A stretch of DNA of 64,000 nucleotides from Camelus dromedarius (taxonomy: Eukaryota): contig NC_087437.1 of NCBI RefSeq assembly GCF_036321535.1, forward strand, positions 63,118,001 through 63,182,000, read 5' to 3'. Position 1 is the first letter of the stretch. Each line of letters begins with the position of its first letter. This document shows positions 35,611 through 47,303 of this stretch, in pieces. The position numbers were made by a program, and so were the translations under genes. Under the pieces are notes generated by a model. The model was not told the origin of the DNA and made no database searches. It worked only from the letters and a program-made list of their open reading frames with translations.

Positions 35611-36545
35611 GTTGCTTGTTTATTGTGCAAATAAGAAAAGCCATCTTAATTTCTGGACTGAGCATTTTTCACAATATTAAGTAGATCATGAAAGAGCACG
35701 TAATTTTAGAAGAGAAATATAAAAGAGGGAAAGAATGGAAAATAAAAGTCCAAACTAATCAAAGGCAGTTTGGGGTACAAAGAACTTTATTTTGCAGGTT
35801 ATCCCCTTAGTTAATGACCTCTAAGATTATTGCTTCCTCTGATGCTTTATTTTGATACTTCCATAGGCTTCCGTAAACTGAGAACTTGTTCAAAATAAGA
35901 CAAGTTTTCTACATGTTAGCAATTCTTGTTCAAGGCACATATTTCAAGATGGAAACCCCACATCTTTCTCCACCCTCTAGAAGATGGAAGATTTGAAGCA
36001 GGAGACACAGAAGACTGGGCCCTTTCCCAATGCTGCAGGATGCATTTGCAGGACAGAATCCTCGTTCTATGTTAGAATCAAACACCTGAGGATCTTTTCA
36101 GTCTATATTTGGGAAAACTAACCTAACACTGAAGGCTGAAATATGCTGCCTATTTTACAGGTGTGCCAGGCAAATGTAGCAGCAGTGCCACCTCCATGTA
36201 CACTATCATCTTTGAGCTCAAGATCCAAGGTTCATGCAGCAGCAAGGACCAGCCATGTGGTTCTCCATTTCTCGATAAAGTCTTTCGCTTCATTCTCATC
36301 TTGACAAGTTGAAGGAAGAGCACCAAGATTTTACTTGCCAGCTGAGTTTATCTGAAACAGAGGTAAGGAATAGCTGGACCAAGGCCACTTCCAATATGGA
36401 TGCAGTGACAGATATGGAAACTGACTTTGCTCATGTAAGTGTGTGAGTTCTGCCGTGAATCCAAAAGACAGTGCTTCTTGCTCCTCAGAACAGAAGAGAC
36501 TGGGTTCAGGCTGGATATGTGTAAGCTACAAAAGCTATGACCACC

Positions 36546-36559
36546 CCAGCAGGGGGCAG
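36546..36559 (+). promoter_or_regulatory. Candidate CTCF binding motif
   Basis: CCAGCAGGGGGCAG matches the CTCF core consensus CCASYAGRKGGCR; motif match only. Confidence 0.45.
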
Positions 36560-39500
36560 ATGTTGCAACTAAATCAACAGAAATAGTGGTGTGGCCAAGG
36601 CTTGGTCATGCAGAGATGGGAGCGAGTCCTCAGGTATTACAATTCAGTCAGGTGACCCAGGAGCAAGACTGCGTGCAGGGAAGCTCAGAAGGAGGGGCAC
36701 AGAATTGGAGGCTGGCCCAGAGCTAGCCTGGAGGTTAAAATATGAGGACCATGGCCAAGGGCCACCCAGCCCAGGGGTGGGGACTTCTGATGTTAAATGG
36801 CCCAAGCTCATCAGGATGGTCATCAGTATGTTTTCTTCAGCCAGAAATCCTCTGAAATTGTCTCAGGATCTTCCTGATCAGACCCAGAACATGCCCACTG
36901 TCTGGAATAGAGATAAGGGTTCTCAGAAATGGGTTATCTTTCTAAGCTATGGAACTACACTTTATAGTTCTTTAAGATCCTGAGATACTCCTTTCTTGAA
37001 AACTTACTTGTTTTGTCTTAAACTCCCAAAAGGACATTATTCCTCTACATTATCTAGTTTCTTTCTACGGCCTCTCAATGTCTTTTATAAACTTACCCAA
37101 TTTTTCCCAATCCCTGAGTAAAGGCCCTAAAATTCAGTGCCCTGTGGTAGTATTTATACATTTCTTCTTCTACCTTTATATCATTTCTTTTTACTCCTTA
37201 TGCAGCACCAATTCTCAAACCTATTTTTCACTGTGTCTAAGAACCTATTTTTCTCTATTTCTATCTATAAAGAACACTAACAAAAATCTATTTTAATGTC
37301 ATCAACATATTTAGGCTACAGGAGGCACACACTGATGCAGCATTAGATGAGGGCATTGTTCTCCAGACTGCTTTCACATCGCTTGCTAGGTGATTTGTCA
37401 AAACATACTTTGCCATTCTTCTCTGGAAGACTTCATCTACTCCATACATGGTGGTTCCTTTCTATTTTTAATGATTCTGGAAACACAAAAGATGGTTCAA
37501 GTGTCCTATGATGGAATCCATGGTCCCTCCCCTCTGTGGCAGTGGTCAACCCTCTATCGGCAAGTCATGCAGGAGCTGCTTGCTCTTCACGGATGCGTCC
37601 ATTGCTCATGTCTTTACATCTTCTCTCTAAAGAGGTGTGCTAAGAGTGCTTCCAAACCCCAGGCTGGTGAGCACATGAAATCTCTAGCCAACACCCACTT
37701 TTAGGCACTCATACAGTCATGCCAGTGCTTTTTTTTTTTTTTAAACCCTTCTCATCTTCAAATGTCATCTTATTTATGACGTGTTTTGAATACAGTGGAG
37801 GGGACTGTGGGTGGTTTGCCTTTGTTCCCTGTACAGTCCTGGTGAGGATGCTGTGATTTTGCACACAGCTGCAGCAGGGACTGGGGGTTTGGAGTGTGAG
37901 AAGGAGGCACCGGTGTTCACTCCGTCAGGCACCTTCTCTTACTCATGAAGAATTGTTTATGCAGCAGACACGTCCCACACACGAAGGTGCGCTCATCCTT
38001 AGGCACGCTTATCTCCTTTGGTAGTATTTGGAGGGCATGCTTCTTCCTCTCCTTTGGAATCACCTGCAGTGAGGAAGGGCATCTTGGGCACGAAGGAGGC
38101 TCCATCCTGCTAAGGAGCAAAAGGATGAAACTGTAGTCAGTGTCTCTAGTTAACAGACAATTTTAGCCATCATACAAACTTTGATAATAGTCCCCTCAGA
38201 GGGCACTAAACAGTATTCCAGCTCTGAAGGCCCTGCCTCAGGAGTAAGATTAGGTGTCTGGCTTTGCCTCAGAGCATGGATTCACAAGAATTCAAATATA
38301 ATTTACATACATTATGGAAATATGCTGCTACAGCTAAAACAGACTATAATATTCAGTTTAGATAAATTTAAACTCTTACCTTTCAGTGAGGAGACATCTC
38401 ATTTTCCTTTGCGAATCTCAATGTGAAGGACCACAAGGAGCTGATTTCCAATTTCCTTCCAACTGCTGCACCTTCACACTGGCTCTTACTTCTGCCTCTG
38501 TGACTGCATGAGGCAGTGAGCTCCTTGTTTTGGAGCCTCCGAGGCTCCAGCGAGCATCCAGGCCACCCAGACTCTAAAGGCCTAGTTAAGAGGACTGGAT
38601 CTTGTCCTCCAACCTGTGGAGCAAAATTCAACAAGAAGCAGCCCAAAAGGAAGGCACTGAGTTTTCTCACCCCACTCTCTCTTTGCAGATGGGCTACCTG
38701 CCCTGAATACAGACACATGTGCAGCCAGGACATCTGACATCTGTGCACGACGCACATCGCCCAGCGCCACAGGCAGTCCTGCATTCAACAGAGCTCTCGT
38801 CACTGTCAGAGATGAACTGTAGGAGGCACAGGACAGGTCCTAATATCTGAACACAAAACTTTAAACATTTTATTTGATGCCTAAAAGAAACAATTTCTCA
38901 ATCCAAATGATATCCATCTTTCAGCCCCTTTCTGAGTGATTTTCTGGGCCTTCAGCCTGTGGGGGCCTCCTGAGAAGCAGAGAGGCCATCAGGAGGTGCC
39001 TGTGGTTCTGACCTTCAGAAGCAACTCAGGGCTTGAGAAAGGAGAAAACTGGGAGGTGACGCTGTGAGGCTTTGATGTAAATGCCCACAGGCCTGGAGAA
39101 TGAAATGCTCTTGGAAGTGTGCCAATAGCTCTCACTTCTAGGAGCAAAGTCTGGGCCAGAGGACCAGGGTCTGTGATAGCACGGGACATTTTTGGTGAAG
39201 TGCATGAGGCCACATGACACTCGCATGTATCTGTGCCACAGATGCAAACCCAGGTCCATCCTTTATCCCATCCATGGGATAAAAAGTAAATAGTGAGCCA
39301 AAGGGAAGGAAGAAAGAGGAAGGAGTAGTGCTGAGGAGGGAGCAGAACCTTGGGGACAGAGATAGAGCCAACGAGCTGATCTCAGATCATAGGCTAGTAA
39401 GCACGGTTTGCGGTCCATTTCAATGTAATCGTTGTGATCTAACTTACTCTCCCCCAAGGGAACTTCTAAAGCCATCCCAAAGAAAGGATAATATATTGTG

Positions 39501-39669
39501 TTAATTGAGTCCTAGTAAACAGGGCTAATTCCTCGCAATCATTGTAAATAGTGAGTGTTTAACACAAATTGCAATAATCACCCATGACACCCAGAGTGTG
39601 AAATTTACTTGAATATCAGCTTTGTCTAATATCTGCATTACTTTGTTTTGGGGGGGAAGGTGCTTGTGA

Positions 39670-39812
39670 TTTTTTGTTTGTGGTAAAATATAAATATAAC
39701 GTAAAGTTTAGCATTTTAACCGTTTTAAAATATACAGTTTGGTGGCATTAAGTACATTCACATTGTTGTACAACCAACATGACCATCTCCAGAACTTTTT
39801 CATAATCCCCAC
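39670..39812 (-). mobile_element. L1MB-like 3' end, antisense
   Basis: tgtggtaaaatata...cattttaaccgttttaaaatatacagtttggtggcattaagtacattcacattgttgtacaacca. Confidence 0.85.
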
Positions 39813-40805
39813 CTGCATTACCTTTCATACAGTCTGTGAGCGACCCCAGAACCCCATAGGATGAGGAATCCACCATATCATCCTGCTCAGTTCTGGGGAG
39901 GACTCAAAGACACAATATTACCTAGTATCTTAAGGTTCACAAAGTTCTTCCTCAATGTTCACACCAACGTCATATGCATCCTATTAAAGGAGGAAGACCA
40001 AGACTCCAAGAGGGAGACAGACTTGCTCAGAGAGAACAGTGACAATGAGTAGAACCAGGCCAGGCTTCCAGCATGCATCCCATGACACCTCACCACCTCT
40101 AACACTGAGAAGGGGATGTGAGAAGGCTCTGCAATGATGCCTAAGGACATCCTCCAAGAGCAGAGCTGTCTCTTGTCCCACCTTCTGCCTTCTGCTTTGT
40201 GGGATTCTCGCTGCTTTGGGGACAGACAGCCAGAGCTGCCTGGTAGCCCAGAAAAAGAAGGCAGTTCTTTTACATGGTACTCATTGCAAAAGCCAACTTG
40301 GGTTGCCTAGCACTTTTTTTCCTCTTTTTATTTTTTTCACTTGCATCAAAGCAAACCCACATCCCATCCACTTCTTCACACTCTCCATCACCCTTCTCTC
40401 TGCCCTCTTCCCAGCACACAGGAAGAGAGGACATCCCTATTCCTGATGACCATTTTAACCAGATTTCTTCTGCATGAAAATGAGACCATGGGATCCTGCC
40501 TGGTGTGACTTCTCCTTCCTGTACCTCATAGAGATGGCTCTGCCCATGGCTCCCCATCACACTCAAGATGTCCAAATGCTTCACAGACCACCTCCATTCA
40601 GGTGACTAAGGGCTTCCAAGAGTGACTTTGTTACTGTGTAGTTCTTGGCAAAACTGCATCACAAATGACAAGTGCAAACTTCTTACCATAAATGGAATCA
40701 CAATGTTGGTCCCAGTGCTGCACACACACACAGATAATCTGTCATCCAAGCATGTGATCCCTTGAATTTCTGATACATACGCCCCAGATGTATGTTGAAC
40801 CCCAC

Positions 40806-41209
40806 TGTATTCCTTTCCTAGGGCTGCCAAGGCAAATCAGCACAAACTGGATGGCTTAAAACAACAGAAATGTATTCTTTCACAGTTCAGCCCAAAAGTC
40901 CAGAATCAATGTCTGAAGGCTCTATAGAAGATTCCATCCTTGGCTCTTCCCAGCTTCTGATGTATCCCAGGAATCCTTGATACCCCTGGGCCTGTAGCTC
41001 CATCACTCATCTCTGCCCGCCTCTTCATACAGCCTTCCTCTCTACAACTCCCTCTCTCATCTTACAAGAACACCAGTTGTTGGCTTTAGTACAACCCCAT
41101 CTCTCCCTAACTAATTACATCTGCAAAGGCCCTATTTCCAAAAAAGCTCATATTCTGAGGTTTGGGGTAGACATCAAATTTCAGCAGACACTTAATTCAA
41201 CCCAGTACA
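40806..41209 (-). mobile_element. MaLR solo LTR (MLT1B/C-like), full length with TSD
   Basis: tgtattcctttcctagggctgcc...ggcttaaaacaacagaaatgtattct...taattacatctgcaaaggccctatttcc...attcaacccagtaca; TG..CA ends; exact CCCAC TSD at 40801-40805 and 41210-41214. Confidence 0.92.
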
Positions 41210-43776
41210 CCCACCTTCCATCAACAAGGCGTGTTAAATCCAGTTTCTTGTTTTCTTTGTTTTTGTTTGTTTGTTTTTGCCTCTAGCACCTTCTCCGTTT
41301 CAACCCTACTCTTGACCACTGCTTTGTTGAAGAACTTCTGAGGCATCTGCCTCCATCTCCTCTGCCCCATTAAACAATTCCAGACCTCACTGCAAATGGA
41401 TGTATGGACACTAGGTCAAGAAGGAAATAATACCAAGTGGCCCATGGAGGGTTCATTATTTCAAGTCTCCATCTCTCCCTATTCACCCAGGAAGTAGTCT
41501 GTGTTCAAATCACACCCAGCCTCACACTGCAGGTTACTGGGGTTCCTGGCCTCTGGGGACTTAGAACACAATAGTGAAATGGGCAATTGTACGCTTAGAT
41601 GAACAGAGGAGGCCAAAGAGCCAGGTACTGAAGGAGGAAATGGACATGAGCGGGTGAAGAAGCAGAAGACACGGGGACAACCTGGGAAAAGGCAGAGAGA
41701 TACAAACGAAGGTGGAATTTTCAGAGGACTGTGAGTGGGCTCCATCTGACTAAACAATGGCTTTGCTGCAAAGGCGAGGCTTCTTCATTGATAAGGTTGT
41801 AAAGGCAATTGTTTGTGGATGTGCACCTGATCCTATAGGGCCTTGCGTCCAGGCCAAGAGGACCCCCATTAAGGGTTTCTAAGCAGCTGGGGGGGGGGGG
41901 TAGTTGATTAAGTGGTGTTAGGAAAGCCAGATCTAGTTGGGTGTGCATGATGGCCTCAGGGGAGTAGGAAATTGACAAGGAAACCCTGGCTGGGAGCCCA
42001 GTTAAGAAGACAGACTCTGGGGCCAGAGCTTTATTCCTCCACTATCAGTGAACCCCCATCCATGGCCATAACCTTCCATCAGACTCTGCAATCAATACAG
42101 CCATCCTGACGCGCCTGGGGTGGGGCATCCTGGCTGAACCCCAGCCCTCCCTTCCCATTAACATGATGAGTTGCAGAGGGCAAGTCAGGGAGAGCTTTCA
42201 GTGAATTCCAGGAATGGAGATACCCTCCGGGCAAAAATCCCCAAAGAGGAGCTCAGGAGCACTTTGCAAATCAACACATGAATGCCACTCATGGACAATA
42301 GCCTGTCCAGAGAGGAGAGAATCCCTGTCTCAGCTCAGATCCAGCTTCATCTCACTGCTGCATTTCCCTAGGACTGGCACTGGCACCCAGGAGGTAACAA
42401 AGTGACCCCAGCTCAGGCACTGCTTTGCACAGGCGGCCACCACACAGGTGATTATCATCTCCCCATTAGACTGGGAATGTCCCAGGAATGGTGGGCTGTT
42501 TCTCCCAGAAGGCTCCATTAGGGTCCCCACAGTCAGCAGACACAAAGCCCAGGGGAGGCTGTAATACACCCCCACCTTCTCTATCCTCCTCATTTGCCCA
42601 CAGATTCCCATGCTTGGGACCTCAAGAAGCAGAGGGTGGTGTGGAGATAACATGGATGGAGCAGGAACAAGCCCAGAGTGTGGGCAGCAGAATTATTTCT
42701 GAAGTCGTCAAGGCCCATCCCTGAGCTTCTTTTCTTGCTGCAGGCCTTACTGGAGAGATGTGAGCAGAAGGGAGCTCAAAGGAGCAGGACGATGGCTGAC
42801 TCCTTTGGTTCCCCTTCTCCTTAAGGAAAATTCTGTACACCAACCAGCACAGGAAGCTCCCATAGGCCCACAGCCACAGCCACCTTTGCCTGGCTGTCAA
42901 CCAGCCCGAAGCAACAGGCCTCAGGAAAGAGCCTGGGGCAGTACTCACAGAGGAAAGGGGCAGATGTGGAGCTTCCTGAGCACAGCTAAGGCAACATGGA
43001 GAAAAGGCACACTCTCCACGTCCACCTCTACTGGCCAGGAAGTCCAAGCCCCGCTGGAAGTAGATGGCACCCAAGGCAGCAGTCCACAAGGAAAAGGACC
43101 CTCCTCCAGATTGTTTTCCCTTTTAAAGCCATCAATCTAATTTGAAAGACGTAACAACTTCCACCCCCTTTATTTCTGAAGGGAGATGCAAATGGGTGAT
43201 CTGTTTGAACTAAAATTAAACTCCCTCTGTGTGTAACTTCTTGACGGTATGCATATATTGAATCTGACTCATACGGTTCATGCGGAAAGGTTTTATTAAT
43301 ATAACTACTTACCCCAGCCCACTCCCACTGGGATTCATGGCTCTTGCCCAAGGTACATTTTGGCTAGATCTATGTTACTTTAAGTCCTGGCATGGATTAA
43401 TGTTTCATGACAAGCACGTTCACAGATTCTCTGAGAAATTCCTAGCTGTCTTTGGGTAACAATTATGAAGCAAAATTGGAAGTGGCCTTGTCTACATAAA
43501 CAAAGACCCCCAGTCTGGGGAGTCCAGAGACCTGGGATCTTATCACTCTCTTCGTGTGATCCAGCCATCACCTCTCCAGAATCTCAAGTTCCTCATCTGC
43601 TGGCCTCACACTGTTCTCAGTTCTTTTCCAGCTCTGACTTCCTGTGATTGTAAAAGACATTTAAAAATATCTCCAGGGAGAGAAATCTCACAATATCATT
43701 TAGTCATGAGAAGATTGGATTAATGATATCTAATATCTCCAGGTTCACAATGGTTTTTAAAATGTGCAAAGATCAG

Positions 43777-43808
43777 TAAAATAAATAAATAAATAAATAA
43801 AATAAAAC
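43777..43808 (+). repeat. (AAAT)n microsatellite
   Basis: taaaataaataaataaataaataaaataaaa. Confidence 0.8.
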
Positions 43809-46333
43809 AGAAGAATCTTTTTTAAATGCCCATGTTAAAGGAACAGAAGTTAAAGAGCCTAAAATAAAATCTCTAGCCATTCTGTGTACACAGAGAGAAA
43901 ATGAGCATGGATGAGGGAAAAGCTATACAACATCTGGAATGATAAAGACTTGTGGTGATTGGACTCTGCTAACTGAAGTAAGACATGACAATTATGAAGA
44001 CATTATAAACCACAGTCCTAACTCCACGTCACTGTTGTACACCTTTTGCCATCAGGCATGGGGGAACCCAGGTTCCCAACAGGTGGACGGCATTATGTGA
44101 AAAAGTTTAATTCTCTCTTGGCAAGGGCACTGTTCTGTCCCCAGCTGGATGGCAGATCTTGGGGCAGCAGAGCAGCATCTCACGATACCTAACAACTTGG
44201 GTAGGACAATCTGGGCTTCAGAAGGTGCTCAGTTTAGATCTTAGTATGAAAACCTGATATCTGGGTTGGAATCATCCTGGTTAACAGGCCACCGATGAGC
44301 TCAAGTCACAATGGAAGTACAAAAGGGGTACAACAGAGGGATACACAGGTGAGACATATCACCAAATACTCAGCTAAGTCTGGCCTTGGCAGGGAATAGC
44401 GACGGATAAGAATTATGGTCAGGCAGTCAAGCATTAGTAAGGTTTTTCTTGGGCCCCAAGTTTAAGCAGAAACTATCATTTAACACAGTCAGAAGTAATC
44501 TAAGCCCTCAAGGTCTGGGAATGAATTTTGAGTGCTGGTACATAGAAGATGCTCAACTGTATTCCTTGACCAAATGGAAGCTTACAAAGAAGCTATTGTT
44601 CCATTGTTTGCAGAACAATGTTTCTCATTCATGGCAGCTCAGACTTCTAAGTCGCCCAGGAGAGGGGAAGACCAGTATGGTGTAACTCTCTAAGATTAGA
44701 GGTGGTTGGACCAGGTTCAAGTCCCCTAGGAAGGAGAATTTCACTTCATCGACCTCCCTGGGTATCCCTGATGGAAAGGAGATGTGTTATCTGGATGGGC
44801 TGGGGATCTGCCAGTGACGGAGAGTGGGGCTGGACCCTTGGAAAGGGCTGCTCATCCACCTGAGGAAACCCTCCTCAGCAGCAACCCAGACCCAGCCGCC
44901 TTTGGATCTAAATGCTTTCAGTTTACTGGAAGTAGCTGAACACAAACAAAAGGTCTTGCACAGAGTCATTAAAATAAGCAAGCAATTAGAGGCTCTGGGT
45001 ATCTAATTCCTGAGCACAACAATCAGGCAGATGTGATGAACCCCAAGAGTAAGCACCAGCTAAGCCTATTTTGAGAGAAAGCATTCCCTTATTATGAGGA
45101 CAACTGGCATTAGATAAAGTAATGATCATTGTCAGTTGAATCTTGTGAGAAATTGTATTTAACTTGAAACTACGTATTTCGTTCCTATAAATTCCATTTT
45201 TTCTTCTTTCCAAGATGGTATATCTATCTTCTAATAGAGAGGAGCATTAACCAACATATACTATGATTCCATTAGAGTTATTTAATTTGGAGAAGTATAC
45301 CTAAATACAGTCTGTGAGTTGGTTGGTTTTATATCTGGGAACTTTCTGGACATTCCATCTTGCCTGAGCCTCCCTTAGTCATCCATACCTGTGCCAAGAG
45401 TCTCACTAGTCACTTATTCTATAAAATCAGACTCAAAGTAGTACCAATTACTTGGTGGAACCTCCAAATTTTAATGCGTGGAAACAGACCCACATATATA
45501 TGTGTGTCACTTGATTTATGACAAAGGTGACACTACAGAGCTATAGGGAAAGAACAGTCTTTCAACAAAAGACTGTAAGTGAATTGGATGGCAAAACAGG
45601 AAGAAAAAAAGAATCTTCCCCTCACTATACACAAAAAGTACTTCCAAATGGATTACTAATCTAAATGTGGAAAGTAAAACAATAAAGCTTCCAGAAAAAA
45701 AAAATTAGGATAGACAACAATTTTTTATACAGGACACAAAAAGTGCTAACTGTAAAAGAAAAAAATTGGTAGATTAACACTTGGACTACATTAAAATGAA
45801 TAACGTATTTCATCAAAATATACCATAAAGAACATGAAGCTGGAAGAAGATATTCATAATGCATACATTCAACAAAAAAAATCATGTCCAGAATATATAA
45901 AGAATTTCTACAACTCAGTAAGAAAAAAGCAGATCATTCAATAGCAAAGACTAGGAAAAACAACTGAAGATTCACTTTATAAAAGAGAGCATCCAAATGG
46001 CCAATAAACATACGAAAAGGTTCTTGACTTCATTCATCACCTAGGAAATACAAAAACAAACAAACCCACAATGTGGCACTACCACATCCCTACCAGAGGA
46101 GCTAAAATGGGAAAGACAAATAACACCAAGCATTAGCTAAGATGTGGTGTGACTGGAAGTCTCCTACCTGCTGGTGGAGATGTGAATTGCTATAACTGCT
46201 TTAGGAAATTATTTGGTAGCACTTAGTAAAGCAAAACATACCCATCCTCTATAGTTTAGTAATTACTCCCCTAGTTATATACTCCACCATACTGGGAACA
46301 TACATTCATCAACAGACCTTTACAAAAGTGTTC

Positions 46334-47287
46334 ATGAAAAAAATAAACAACCCAATCCAAAAATGGGCAGAAGACCTAAACAAGCAATTCTCCAAGGAAG
46401 ACATACAAATGATCAAAAAGCACATGAAAAAATGCTCAATATCACTAATTATCAGAGAAATGCAAATCAAAACTACAATGAGGTATCACCTCACACCAGT
46501 CAGAATGGCCGTCATTCAAAAATCCACAAATGACAAATGCTGGAGAGGCTGTGGAGAAAGGGGAACCCTCCTACACTGCTGGTGGGAATGCAGTTTGGTG
46601 CAGCCACTATGGAAAACAGTGTGGAGATTCCTCAAAAGACTAGGAATAGACTTACCATATGACCCAGGAATCCCACTCCTGGGCTTGTATCCAGAAGGAA
46701 ATCCACTTCAGGATGACACCTGCACCCCAATGTTCATAGCAGCACTATTTACAATAGCCAAAACATGGAAACAGCCTAAATGTCCATCAACAGGTGACTG
46801 GATAAAGAAGATGTGGTATATTTATACAATGGAATACTACTCAGCCATAAAAACCGACAACATAATGCCATTTGCAGCAACATGGATGCTCCTGGAGAAT
46901 GTCATTCTAAGTGAAGTAAGCCAGAAAGAGAAAGAAAAATACCATATGAGATCGCTCATATGTGGAATCCAAAAAACAAAAACAAAAACAAACAAACAAA
47001 CAAAAACAAAGCGTAAATACAGGACAGAAATAGACTCACAGACAGAGAATACAGACTTGTGGTTACCAGGGGGGTGGAGGGTGGGAAGGGAAAGACTGGG
47101 ATTTCAAAATTGTAGAATAGATAAGCAAGATTACACTGTACAACACAGGGAAATATACACAAAATGTTATGATAACTCACAGAGAAAAAAATGTGACAAT
47201 GAGTGTGTATATGTCCATGAACGACTGAAAAATTGTGCTGAACACTGGAATTTGACACAACATTGTAAAATGATTATAAATCAATAA
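46334..47287 (+). pseudogene. L1 ORF2p C-terminal fragment ORF (317 aa from ATG 46334) including the CCHC zinc knuckle; lacks EN and RT domains
   Basis: [22 protein letters not shown]...[18 protein letters not shown] (46538-46591)...WKQPKCPS...YYSAIK...HMRSLICGI are canonical ORF2p C-terminal motifs. Confidence 0.9.
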
Positions 47288-47303
47288 AAAATGTTAAAAA
47301 AAA
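46337..47303 (+). mobile_element. Young 5'-truncated LINE-1 (about 0.97 kb) with poly(A) tail and perfect TSD
   Basis: Uninterrupted ORF2 C-terminal frame; AATAAA at 47283-47288; A tail; TSD aaaagtgttcatg at 46324-46336 and 47304-47316. Confidence 0.95.

Noticed and set aside
37729..37742. T tract as the poly(A) tail of a minus-strand processed pseudogene
   Set aside because: Only a non-canonical AATAAG lies upstream, no TSD was found and no parent gene was recognised.
42622..43140. Overlapping 155-aa and 126-aa antisense ORFs
   Set aside because: Low-information translations in GC-rich sequence, with no homology recognised.
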